A DNA stretch of 64,000 bases from Catajapyx aquilonaris (Eukaryota), in NCBI GenBank assembly GCA_000934665.2, contig JYFJ02001593.1, forward strand, positions 1 to 64,000, read 5' to 3'. The number at the start of each line of letters is the position of its first letter. Position 1 is the first letter of the stretch. The position numbers and the translations under genes were made by a program. Of the stretch, positions 37,890 to 50,964 are shown in pieces. Under the pieces are notes generated by a model, which was given only the letters and a program-made list of their open reading frames with translations, searched no databases and had not been told where the DNA came from.

Positions 37890-40800
37890 ATCGGCACTCC
37901 AAACAGTGGCTCTAATTAAAATTAAAAAAAAAAAGGTTGGATAATCCGCCGATAAGTTCCTGATAAAGAAAGTGCGCAATTCTATTCGAGCCAACCAAAA
38001 GTAGAATTGTTGGGCCACATTCAATTGTTGCGGTTGTTTATAGCGACGTAAACAACGCATTGCTCGACAACAATTTATTGTTGCCTTTTTTTCATTGTTG
38101 GGAGTCCAAAGTAATTTTCGGGGTTATTTTCTGCCAACATGAGCGTAATTCATCTTCGTAATCCCCCCTAAGGCTTTCCCGATTGATTGATTGATAACTT
38201 GTGCCCCTCCCACTTAAACAGTCAGGGTCATGCATCAGGCCAACAGGTTAATATACATTGTATTTTAAACCAAAGTCTTCACCTCGCAAATGTTGACGCA
38301 CAAAATCGTTTTGCTTTGCGGATTACATGCTTTCCAACCCCCTATCATTCAGTGCATTGCAAAATAAAAGAGATTCGATCGACTTTTAGCAAATGTGAAT
38401 CGATTTTTTTTGCGATATGTGCACTGCAGGCAAACACACATGTGCTCAAACCGGGGTGTTTTCTAGCTACTTACAAAAATGAACGTCCTTTTTTTACTGT
38501 GTGTGTGTGTGTGATGGTCAACACTCTCTAGAGAATAAGCTTGGACTTCATGTGACGTGAGTGAGCAACAAAAGAATTGGCGGAATGCCCTCCCCCTCCC
38601 CCAACCCCACAGCAACCCCCTCTTTTCTGCAAATCGACCCCGTCTTCTCCATGAAACCAACGTCCCTCATTCCGTCAATATCCGGATATTGCAGGGGGGA
38701 AGATTACTATCTACTATAGACAAAAACTAATCCATTATTAAACGCTATTGGGCCGGAGCATCGTTACGTCAAATTCTCAACTTTTTTTTTGCCACACCGA
38801 GAGATTTTTTTTTTTGTGCGAATTGTTGTGCTCTTTGGGTTGGATTTAGAAACGTGCTTCTCTGGCTATCAATCATCTGGTTGTTGGATCGATACGTCGA
38901 AAAATGTATATTCTTGGTGCGTTGTTGGTCAAAGGTTAGTCAATAGGAATTATTACGCTATACATTGTTGTGAACACTTTCAACTATATCTAATCGTACC
39001 GTTTTTGGCGGGGAAAAACTGCAATTTCACCTTTCAAAACGGTTGCATAATTTGCTTCCTTTTTTTGCCAATTGAAAACCTCGACAGGTCTTATAATAGA
39101 GGCTGATCGATACGGAGCAAGGTGATTGATGGGTTAGATCACACTATTTGGCTATAGCTTTTGTGGGGAAGTAAAATCAAGATAAGAGCTTTTATAGGAA
39201 CTAACTAAACAATGTAGCATATCGTTGTAATTGCAGAAAAATGGCGCGTCCATTCAAAAAAAAATCGATGAGAGCGTTGAACTCTCGGGAGGGGAGAATG
39301 AAGAAACAAAAAGGCGGCAGGTGAATGGCACGATTGTAATTCACTTGTGGACGTCCTCCACGCAATCATTCCAGGTGACAGACTGGTTCTATCCATGTAG
39401 CTTGGTTTGTACGCATACTTAAAAAGCAGGCTGCCGTGTTCGCATTACAAAGTGTCGTAAACACGAGTCGGATACGGTTAACACGAGCATCAAATTGCGC
39501 GTACTAATTATGTTTCGCATTATGCGAAGTGCTTCAAGTTCACTGTCATTCCGCGCGGAATTTTAGTGCATTTATTTGTATGATTCCGGCCTATACATTG
39601 TTTTAACAGTACGTCTATAGCTCCACAGTTGCATGAGATAAAAATAATCGAAGCTCATCGATACGCGCTCCCATTTTTATTCGGGCCCGATTGCAGGTTT
39701 GCAATCTGTGACCTTCACCATACTTTTTTTGGAGGTTGGCTTATTGTGTACTGACCTGGTATCTCAAAGTCGTCCATGTTTGTCCCTTGGTTTCTGTCAC
39801 CATTCACAGCACATGAGGAGGAAGAACGTGTTTGTCCATGGGTGCCTTCGAGCAGAGTCTCCTTTCGCAGCAGGTACTACAACCCTGCTGTTGGCTTCTT
39901 CTCTGCTGCATGCGCCGCTCATGTATACCGCGGCTCTTCTATAGACAGTCTATATATATGCTACACACACACATGTAACGCCTACCCACAGAGAGGGGGG
40001 AAGACCTTAAAAATTTTAAAGACTCATCCGTTCAAATCAGCGTTACATTTTCCCCGTTGAATCACTTGGGGGCTGTAATGGTCATTACGTTGCATGTGTG
40101 ATTGACCTCTCTGGAAAATCCACGATGGTTGAAAATCCATGGAATCAGGGTTGATTCCCACAAGCATCAATATTGCACTTTGGATCGCATGACATCACTT
40201 TTTCCGGTCCAGTTTTCGCCATATTTTGGTTTAAATAATGAACGTGATGTCAAATTGGACAAGGACATACATGTCACGTTTCCTGAATATCTCCGCACAG
40301 GGTGCTTCACAAAGGCGGCACACCAGCACAACCTACAAATGAAACGGCATTGTCCACAACCTTTTTTTTTTTTCCTTCTTGAAGAGTCTATAACAAGATG
40401 TGGTGAAAATATATATACCTCTTATCTCCCAGTTGCGGATTTGGAAAATGCAGGTCGGAAGGAAGCTCGTGGCGCCGCCAACCGGATTTAAAGCCCTATT
40501 TTTTTTTTACAGGTGGAATGGCACCCACGCAATCATGAAAACAAGTTTTGTTTGGATCGATTTGATCGATCAGGAAAAAGGCTATTTAGGCCCACCTGCT
40601 GGGGGAAGTCTAATTTGGTCGAGCCAGAGGGCGGTCGAGTTGCCTTTAAGGCCGACGACACACCTGGTCCCGGGTTGAACTTTCCAGATGATAGATGGCG
40701 GCAGAGGCTATAAGTCTCACGATTCTGGACTATAACAAAAGGTCAAAGTTGGACTAAAAGTCACCGGGAAATATATTGCTGTTTTTTTTTTTTGCTATTA

Positions 40801-42356
40801 ATAATATATATTGAAACCGATCGGTTGGGGCAGTTTTGCAAAGGTTTCCTTTGTAGGCATGTTTTCCTAACGACAACGACAACAACAACAACGGGCCATA
40901 TCAAAATCAGGGACCGACCTTTGAACGTCTATAAAAACAAAATGTGTATTCCGGGTACACAAGTTGTGCTAAAAAATGCAAATTATGTACCGTATATTAA
41001 GTTAGTTTCTGTACACAAAATGTGTATTCTTCATGTAGAGTGTGTACCTGCGTACAAAGAATAACACACACCCGTTGTGTATGTAGGCCTAATTTTAGAG
41101 AGTAAGGGAGGACAAAAATTGCAGATATTTCGTGTAATTACTTCGCATTTTACCAATGGTTCAGCTGTAATTGGCCAATAAAATCAAGATAATGCCTGAC
41201 ATTTTGATGAAATTACATCCAATAAAAAGACCATTTTACGTAATACTGGTGATTTGGCAAGGTTCTGCAGGTTATGTCGTGTTTATTAGTATACCAAGAA
41301 TTTTTGCACTTTTCGTGAGCAAATTGCCTGCAGGGGTATACGTATAAAGAGTGAGATAAAAACTTTTTTTTTTGACATGTTTTCCTGCAGCTTGCTTTCG
41401 GAAGGCTTGTAATTTATATCACTCTGAGGTCCGAAAAGACACGCAAACGTTTGGCCTTTTCCGAAAAGGTTAGTTTGCAAAGGGGGGGAGGGGGGTTCGA
41501 TATCCTTTGCAACACGTCGGCCGTTTGATCCTCGAAAACTGATTAAAAGCAGTGCCCATAAACTCGGATTAAAATCTGGAAAGTTGGCTCCCTGCTCATG
41601 ATGCTTTTAATGAAGATGAAAGCGGGAGTTAATGCGGGAGAAAAAATGTTGTAATCTAATAATTGAGGAAGGTATATATGCACATATCTTTTTGTATACA
41701 AAGACTTTGTGTCAACAACTTTTTTTTATTTATTTACTCTGCTACTTCACCTCAATCAGTACTCGTTGAATTAATGCGATACAATAATTATTACAACATT
41801 TATATCGGGAATGGCACTCGTTTTTTTTTAAATGGAGTAAATACTGAATACAATGACTGGCATTATTTTTTTTTCGAGGGGAAAAAAACAAGTGTGGACG
41901 ACATAATTACATTATGTACACTATAGCATTTGAATAGTTGTGCAAGATTTACTATAAAAGCTGGCTAATCACTCACTTTCGCTCAGATAATTTCTTTTCC
42001 AAAATTTTAAAAATATATGCACAACTCAAACTTTTTAGCATATCTTTAGGAGCAAGGGTGGTCCCAAATGATGACAGTAACAAGTGCATATGACCAGCAC
42101 GCACTTTGCGCCGAATTTCAAAATAAAAATACAGCATACTTGTTGTACCAAAGATGCATGCCTCTTTACACCACACTTTCCAGCCAGGCACGTACCAGAG
42201 TACAAAAATAAAATTTGACATATCCGCAGTACACCGAAAAAAAGCTGCCTTTACCTCCATTGGTAAAACAAGATAAGTCCATACGTATGAGCTTCTTCAT
42301 ACAGGCATTGAATAATATTTTTTTTTCTAAAAAAGTCCATCAGCACATGAAGTCAA

Positions 42357-43187
42357 TTAGTTGGAAGTCCCGCAGAGACAGACCCTGGACTGCAGGGACT
42401 GGCTTGAGGACTGTTGTGGCTGCCTGCGAGTCACGTACTTCTGGTGGAAGTTGACAGTGTTCCTGTAGTCCGGTTCGTACACGTCCGGGATGAGCATTCC
42501 CAGGGCTGCGTTGGGCAGCATCCGGACGCTCTCGTGTCCCGTCAGCCTCCGCTCGTACTCCAGAAGCTGCCTGAAGAACCCATGGTTGGGTCTGATGATG
42601 GGTCTTCTGGCCTTCACGTGGTAGTAAGCCCTCCTGAGACTCATCCCTTGGTGCTTGATCAGGTAGGCCAGGCACAGGGATGCTGAGCGACTCACTCCGG
42701 CCACGCAATGGACCAGCGTCTTGCCTCCTGAACGACGTACTTCCTCGATCTTATCCGCAACTGGTTCCATGTACGGAGACAGGAGAGCGTACGGGGAATC
42801 CTCGACTTCAACCTTCACATACTCCACCTGAAAATTGATCATGATTGTTATGGCCCGGTAATTTGGGACATGGGTCAGGGCTATGCTAAATATATAAGTG
42901 AGTGAGTAAAAAAGCAGTGGTCGAATTTAGTGGGCCAACAGCACGCACGTAACTGGACTCGATCCAGCAAGGTTCAGAAACCCTGTGTGTGCACGACTGA
43001 CGACGCAATTAATATACATACTGACCTTGTCAATGGGAAGATTGGGCAGCTCGATTGTTGCGTTGACCACGCATGTGACACCCAGCTCTCTCAGTTTTGA
43101 TGCCTTGACTGCCCTGGCCGAACACAGGTACAGGCAATCGGTGATCTCTGCCACCTGAAGCATTATGTTGTTCTCCTCTGGCTTCAT
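42357..43187 (-). CDS. Atypical dual-specificity protein phosphatase (DUSP14/18/21-like)
   Basis: Exons 43187-43026 and 42827-42357. AEITDCLYL, VTCVVNAT, catalytic VHCVAGVSRSAS, AYLIK, IRPNHGFFRQL. An acceptor at 43228-43229 implies upstream, possibly coding, exons. Confidence 0.9.
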
Positions 43188-44798
43188 CCCGGTGCTGCTG
43201 TTGCTGCTCCGGTTGTTCAGACCCCTCCTGATGAACAACACACAATGGTCAGAATTACTACAATGTGAGGATGACAACCGGTTAACGTACTTTGGGTGTA
43301 TCTGGGTGCTACACACACCCATGACTAGCTACCATACACTACAACCAGGAGTGGACAGCTGTGTCCATGCCGTCGACCAAACTTCTTTCAAGTTTCGATT
43401 GATTCCAATTTTGCCAAGGCCCGATTCAAATCTGCTCATTTATTATTCATCCGGCCGTGAACTTATTTGCCTGGCCTTGTCCTTGCCCGTCATACATACG
43501 TTTCCTATTTACCTGTCATAGTACACAATAATAGGGCCTCTATACAAAACTCACAGTCCGAGAATCCAGCTCCGATAGAACCCGTAGGAATCATCTCTCT
43601 CCGGGGGCGTAGCCGGAGTGTTGTAGAGAATCCTCTTGTGCATGATGCAAGCCCCCCTCAGTCTGATGAGTCACAACAGATTCGCCAAAGTGATGTTGCC
43701 TGAAGGACTGTGTAGGCAGCAGTGTGTTGGTTTAGAAGCAGCTACCCTTTGCCTTGGCTTTCCTTTTGGCGCGCATCTCTCTCTTTTTACGTAACCAACT
43801 TGTAACGCCCTCTCCTACGCCAACCTTAACTCACTTCCAGCTTACTCTACGCATCGAAAAACATTTCGCAATCTAGGTTGCATGACCCATTTCGCTCTTA
43901 TTTTTTTTTGCACTAAGCGTGTGTCTATATACAGGCGTTATTTGCGAGATTTACATAAGAACGGACGTTGGGTTACCTAATCGGATTCGACTTAAACTTA
44001 CAGGGGATTACACTGATTTATGCTGTGTTTACTTTGTAGTGCTGCCCAACAGAACCATGCTGCACCAACACTGCAGGACAAACATATTTACATAATGGAA
44101 ACAATGCAATTAATGCGTTTAAAAAAAAAATAGACAACAATGTTACTAAAATGGAGCAGACTTGGAGGCGTCGGCAACTAGTGATGATGGCGTCCATTTC
44201 TTTTTTTACAAAGTCATGCGTCATGGCGGGAATCCCGCAATTAGCTGGAGATATCCATCAAGAATCAATACCCGGTCTATATAAAAAAGTTCAATCCGTT
44301 ATGGCCACTTCTTTATACTCTTTTTTTTTTAAATCCATCAAGGTCGTTCAGGTCAAACCTGTAAGATGTCAGACACTTTTTAACTTCTTACCAAGAAAAT
44401 TGGCGACGGTGCGTGACAATATCATCAAGAGTGAACCTAATTAACAAAATATTGCGGACTGATAACCTTTACCTATAGTTTAATTAGCAAGTACCATGCC
44501 AGAGTTTAATCTTCTTGGCACAGAGTTTCCGGGCAGCGTGCGAAAAGTCACGTAAGAAGACGCTGAACAGAGCGAGATTCCGCAAATACTTTGTAAGTTT
44601 GCCCGGTAAACAATTCGCGTCTTGAAACACTAAAAAAAAAAAGAGAGAAGGAGAGAGAAGGATCGTCCGGCGGATGTGACGTCAACACTCGAGGAATTTA
44701 GAACGCAGCACTCGAAGTTAAATCTGGAGAACAGCAAATGGCAAACACTTTCTTTCCAATCATATATCGGGTCAGCGAGTTCGTGTGCTTTGATTTTC

Positions 44799-44940
44799 TT
44801 ACGCGCAATCTTTATGTTTGTCCGGCATGTTAGTACCGCTATCTCTCGCACGACCTGAGGGTGACAGGAGTATGCAGAGGGAGTATGCGCCATCTATGCG
44901 TGAAGAATAGAACTTCTTGGTAAATCGGCGGGCACTGTCA
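44799..44940 (-). repeat. Dispersed ~145-bp repeat, copy 2 (inverted)
   Basis: Reverse complement reads tgacagtgcccgccgatttaccaagaagttctattcttcacgcatagatggcgcatactccctctgcatactcctgtcaccctcaggtcgtgcgagagatagcggtactaacatgccggacaaacat..., matching the other two copies. Confidence 0.85.
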
Positions 44941-47900
44941 TACTGATTATACAGGTTTTGGCCCAATTTTGGCAAATAGTCTCGAATAAATCCCTGGTAG
45001 TCCATGGAAGTCCGGAGTATTCCTTCCGTGCCAGGTTTTCTTCTAATATTATTTACGAGCGCGTGTTTTCTAAGGTCGTAAGGAACTGCAGACGGCGTTG
45101 CCAACCAGACTCGGGCCGTCGGGACAAAAAAATGTCAGGTAATCAGTACAGCACATGACGGAAGGGACACCTTGAAGTTGCAAACACGCGAGCCAAGCAG
45201 GTTGACTCAGACCGAAATGAAAAAAAAAAATTCGAGCACACCCGAAAATCAAGTCGTCAGACCAAGTTGGCATCGTGGCAAAATTTAACGCCGTTTTATT
45301 TCAGGAATATTCAGTTTGGATGTGACACCTACAGAAATTAACATACCTCGAATACACGCCAAAGTTGGACAGAATTGGCTGAAACGGCAGGCAGATTATT
45401 TATAGACAAAATTGCTGCAATGAGTGAAACAAATTGACATGATTTTTTTTTTTAAACTTGTCTTCTTTCCCGTTCGTTTCCGAAAAGGGAAACGTGGTGA
45501 CCTAGGCAGCAATGGGAAAGTCGCTCAAAATACTTTCTGAGAAGGTGCTCAGAGCGACTAGTGTTGCGAGTACACCTGGACAATGCCAATGACAATGGCA
45601 GCACCGCCTGGCATCTTGTCAAATGCCTCTCTGACACTTTCAGAACACAATTGGAATGTTCGCATCGCACCAAACACATCAACAATAACCGCGGATTGTC
45701 ATGTTTTGCTGCTCATAAATTTATTTTCCCACGCACCAGAATACGCCAAAACCCACACACACTTTACAGTATATGTATGCGCAAGGAGTGAGTCACTTGT
45801 TGCCTGGAATGCTGCCAACAATGCGAGGCTGCAAAATGTTGGTTGAGGCAACAATGCATAGCAGATACTTGCAAAGTGGCGTTTAATTAAATCGGAATTA
45901 TCATTGCCACGCATACAGGCTGTGGAGTGAAGAAAAAGTATAAACAATGTACCATTGTTAGAAAGCTTATAATGGCATGCTACGATCGTGGAAATGTCAA
46001 ATGGTTAAGTTTGCAAACATGACATTTTTTTGTTTGCAAAATGTTCGCAATTTGTCCTGCCTTGAAACAAGCTTGGTTCCCCCGCTCGATACCTGTTCGC
46101 AAATTATTACCGGCACACAAACTCGCCCAATGTTTGCATGCAAACTTTATTTGGGCGAATAAAGTGGCTCGAATGTTTTGGGGTCAGAGGGTCAAGTGTA
46201 TTTCTAGCATTTGAGCGGCCTAATTAAAATCCGCGGACGGATAATAACAATGCAGATTTTTGTGACCGAACCAAACATGCACGGAATTGTTCAGTCTAGC
46301 AACCTGTTTTAAAAAAGAGAAGCTTTGAGCAAGGATGATTGCTAGAGTGAACAAGTTGAGTTACATGTGCAGTTTTTTGGCGGGGTGTGAAAGGAGAGTG
46401 ACGTGTGTGGGTGCAGCAAATGGGGCTTACGTGCCTTGACCTTGTGGGTCTGATGAATCACGCGAGTGTAATCAGAGAGAGTCTAGCTTTAGTAAAAGGC
46501 TAGAGGCGATCTATGATGGCGTGGCTTCAACTCGTTTCCAGGACGGTGGACATCCGGAACGCGTGTCCGGAACTACGCCTATTTTATATTCGGACACTAT
46601 ATGCAAAAATATGTACTATTTGCTGATGTTGAGCGAACCCGTTTGCCAAGTTTTTGGCCCATCATCCAACTTGGACGTTAGTGCAATAGGCCCCTAGCAG
46701 TTGGCGCATAGCCTGTCCCTCTGTACACTACTGCCACTCTCAGGGAGAAAGCAGTACTACATGCACGTTGGTGATGAGCCACCGCGCGGACAAAGTCCAC
46801 TAGGGCGCTACTCTGCCCTCTCATATTGTTGAAATTGGGAAAGTGAAAGCTACAAGTATGATCATCAATCGCCTAATAATAAACAATATGTATATGATGG
46901 TAGCATATAACATAGATTATAGCATACCTAGGGGATTGTCGATAGTAGTTGAATCCCTTCATATACTTGAGACATTATTGGCAACCCTGCTGGTCACCCG
47001 CTGCCTCAATTGGCTTGTTTACATCACGTGACCAGCAGGGATGCCAAATGTTACATATGAGAATGTGCAGGCGGTCTGGGCAGTGTTGTCAAATTCTTGA
47101 ATGTTTTGTTTAAGTAAGAAAGGTGCGCTAACCTTAAAATCCAAAAGGTAGTTGATGCAGTGGTTTTGCAGGGCAGATGTAATTCTCTGGGTGGTTGTGT
47201 GTCGGTGGGTAGGCGTCGGAGTGTGGCCGGACGGTAGGCGTCGGTGGAAGGCGTCGCTGCGCTCGGGCTGTGTGTGTGGGTGGGGAAAAGGAAAGAGGGG
47301 TGGTTGGCGTCGTTAGGAGGACGGGGACTNNNNNNGGGGGGGGGGGGGGGGGGGGGAAGCAGAGTGCGCCCTTTGCCTTGGGGCATTCCAATTCCAATCT
47401 GTACCTGGCACTACTAACTGCTCTTGGGTCAACCATCACGCCAAAAGGAGTAAAGCACATCTGCATTGCTCCAATGCATCATCGGTACTGGGTGGTACAG
47501 TACCAAATAGGTCGTGTACACACATGTGTGCAACAATCGCTTCTCTAACAAAACTTAGACCAATCTGTGCAGTAACATTTGAGATTATCCCACAGGAAAA
47601 ACTCCATTATTACTAAGAAGCAATTAATCCAAAGCGATTAATTACCAGTTGACACCTAGGAACAACAGGGGCGACACCTCATTTCTCTTCGAGTTCGACT
47701 CATTCAGAGTGTGAGCAGCTGTTAGACCCACACAAAAAAAGGGCAACAACTACTAGTGAATGAGAAACGTTTCTTCTCGGAAGGTGCTCACAAAAAAAAG
47801 TATGGTTAAAAAAAAAAAATCTGGGCCTGCGTCCCAGATACGCGATCCATTCCTGAATTAAAAAATAGACCCAAGGGCCACCGAAATAGAGTAAGTGCCT

Positions 47901-48564
47901 GGAGCTGCTATCCACAGGAATGACACACAGAAAAGAAAAAAGGATCAGTTATTTTTTCCAGGAAATTTCAAGAAAAATCGCGGATGTTTGCACGCCCTAC
48001 ATTTGTTGTTATTGTTTTGTTTAGGATATTTTTTACGCAACAGGCCCATCCATGGCGATGACCAGCAGGCGCGGTTATGTCATAAACAAAACAATCGGAT
48101 TTAGAAATGCAGTGGACATTACGCCATGTTTACGCAAAAAATATTGGCAGCTCCGGAGGCAAACGGAGACAAAAATATTAAAAATGATCCAGCTTGTTTG
48201 GCAAGGATCTGGCCGGAAAATGCGGTCGTTTCCCTCCGCTGCCAACTAGATGTACGTGCCTGCAAATGCATTAAAAATTCAGGACGTTAACGGTCAAAAA
48301 CGTCACATGAATACTGGCTAAAGGGTCAGACCCGGTCGCCAATTAACGCCGCATTTAATGATGGACGTGACAGGCAAACATGCTGGAGATGACAACCAAA
48401 ACCGTTTGTCCTTCAATGCGCCAGAAAATATGTTTCAGTCGCTAAAATTGGCACAACATTACGTGAAAAGCACATTGCTGTGTACATTTTAAACATTTTT
48501 ATGTCCACATTTTTTTAAACAACAACATTTGCATATCTTATTGCTGATGAGTGAGCAACAAAAG

Positions 48565-50176
48565 TCATATCCTGAGATCTCCCAAGCGCACAACGATGTC
48601 GTTTGGAGCCAGCATCTCCTTCAGGTGGTTGATCAGATCAGGGTTCAGGTACTGATTCAGCACCTGTCCGTTGAAGTACACGTCGGACAGCTCGGGTCCG
48701 AAGAACTTGAAGACCACGGAGAGTATCATAGGGGTCAAGCAGTTTCCTTCGACGTGGAGGTGACGCAGTTTGGACATTGGGTTGACCCTAAGGACCTTGC
48801 GCAACACTGAGTCCTCCAGTGTCCGGTCCTGGAGAAGGGTCAGTTCCTGGATGTCCAGGCAGTGACGAGTTACGTAGGACAGGTGCGTCGAACGAAAGGA
48901 GTTGAACATGTCGATTATTGCGAGGTACGTCAGGTGTCTGAATGGTTGACGTGAGGAGTAGTGTGAGTCGAGGCAGGGTTTCAGGACGCAGTTGATCACT
49001 TCCAGGTGTTCCAGGTGGGTCAGAAGGCTTCCTATTTGTACCAGGTCAATCCCGCCGCATTCGACCAGGCTTAGCTCCAGCAGGTTTGGCAGAGCGTCGT
49101 CGCCGATGCTTCGAAAAGCGACGTCCATTTCGTCGATGTCCAGTAGCGTCAGGTCGGTCAGATTCACAAACGCGTCACTGATGCACAATAGTTGTTGCAC
49201 CGTCGACTCCAGAACTGACAGCTTCTTAAGGTGCTGGAAGGGCCTGAGCAACGAGAGGTCGCCGCACTTGTCCACGTCCAGTTCCTCCAGGTAAGGAAAT
49301 GCCCTGGCCACGCTGTCCAGATGTTGCGTACCCACAACAATGCGGGATATCCAGGCCCAGTCCTCGTTCTCCAGGCTGTACTTCGGGTCGCAGAAATCCA
49401 AGCTCCTCAGCCGGTACGGTCCTTTGCATTGTTGCAGGAGAGGAATAAGCAGCTGGCGGCCCATTATTAGGTAGTCCAGCTGCGGAACAGTGTCCAGTAT
49501 GTAGTGGACATCAGAGGCGGATGTTCCAGGGTACAGGATGGTGACTCGCTGGAGGTTGCAACAAGCAGCTAGTGTCACTGGCTGGTTCTGCGACAGTCCC
49601 CACTGGAACTGGAGGTTTGTCAGTAGCGGGCAGTGGTAAGCCAGTGACCGGATGAGGTTGGCGTCGTCCGTAACATCAAACAGCTCCAGGCTGAGGAACC
49701 TGTTGTCAACCATCCAGTTAGTGGACAACATGTGATATTAAAGTAGGGTGCTAATGAGAGTACCTGAGTCTGGAAAGGTACGGCAGTGAAGCGACAATGA
49801 GTTTTGCCCTATCAGCGTCTTCTCCAAGACAGATCCGAACCCTGAAGTGCGTGAGTCCGGATATCCTCCAGAGGTTGTCCAGCATGAACCGGACGGTGTA
49901 CTCGTTGTCTCTCTCTGAGAGCGTGAGGTGGGTGCATCTAGAGCAGATGGCCTGGCTGAAGTCGGCGCCCATGTGTCTGAAGGTCTTGTGCTGCTGAACC
50001 AGGGCCTTCATGTATTCGTTGGCCACGCTGTTTGGGATCAGCTCCACAATGTCTTCCACGTGCCTGTCGCATCCGAATGAAAAGTCTTGTTCCAGGCAGC
50101 ATGACTCCAGGACGAAGTTCACCAGGCGATTGACGCTTAGGACCTGCAGCGTCGGAGGTCTCTTCGGTCGCGGCAT
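48565..50176 (-). CDS. LRR protein with N-terminal BC-box/Cul2-box-like motifs (paralogue A, ~515 aa)
   Basis: Exons 50176-49764 and 49699-48565 (64-nt intron, phase 2). MPRPKRPPTLQVLSVNRL...LIPNSVANEYM, then degenerate LxxLxL repeats (HCPLLTNLQ, FPYLEELDV, LPNLLELSL). Confidence 0.8.
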
Positions 50177-50964
50177 CACTGTAGATATAGTGAAATGTTA
50201 GTGCACATAACAACACTGGAGCAAACGAAGCATTGGTCATTACCGATTCTTCCTTGTGTGTCTTCTGGTCTGGTAATTGAATATTGAAGTCCTGCAGTAA
50301 GTAGTGTACTCTAGATGCAAGCAGAAAATTTGAGAGCTGAGCTAACACGTGGCAGCCATCGCTTGGCAATGCAACAATGCCACCAAAAACACAATTAGTC
50401 AACAATGAATTACTGATATTTGTTAGAGCAATTACCTATTAATGAATCGGGCTGAAAAGTGCAGCATGTTACCTGCACATAAGTGATAGAAAAATTAAGT
50501 CAAAAATGTCAGGATTTGCCAATTTTTGCACCAAACATGAGCTTAATTATAATGCACATGGTGTACAATGCTGTGGAGTGTAATTGTGATAATTAGCATG
50601 CGCAGTTGCGGTTATCTTCTGCAGGTGCTTCCTTAACTGCACCAGGCTAAAACAAGCATCACTGAAATCAATACCGTTCTCAACGGGGCACTTTTAAAGA
50701 GGCCAGGTATATGTTTTATTGCGAAAACCAAATCTCATCATTACATTACTCGATTCATTACCACAAAACACCAAAATTGTTTCACAGACAAATCCTACAT
50801 GAATGACATTCAGCAAATTGTCATTCATGTGTCATACCATCTTGTCCCCTTACCCATTAAAAAGTATTTAAAAAAGGTATAAAAAAGGTATAAAAAAATT
50901 ATTTGAACAATTTGTCTCATTTAATGGACATGAAGGAGTTTCTTCTCCCCGTCAGAGCCCACAT

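Noticed and set aside
22580..47360. Poly-G tracts containing Ns (about 22592-22607, 47330-47356; single N at 6878)
   Set aside because: Homopolymer assembly uncertainty; the poly-Pro/Gly ORFs over them are not credible.
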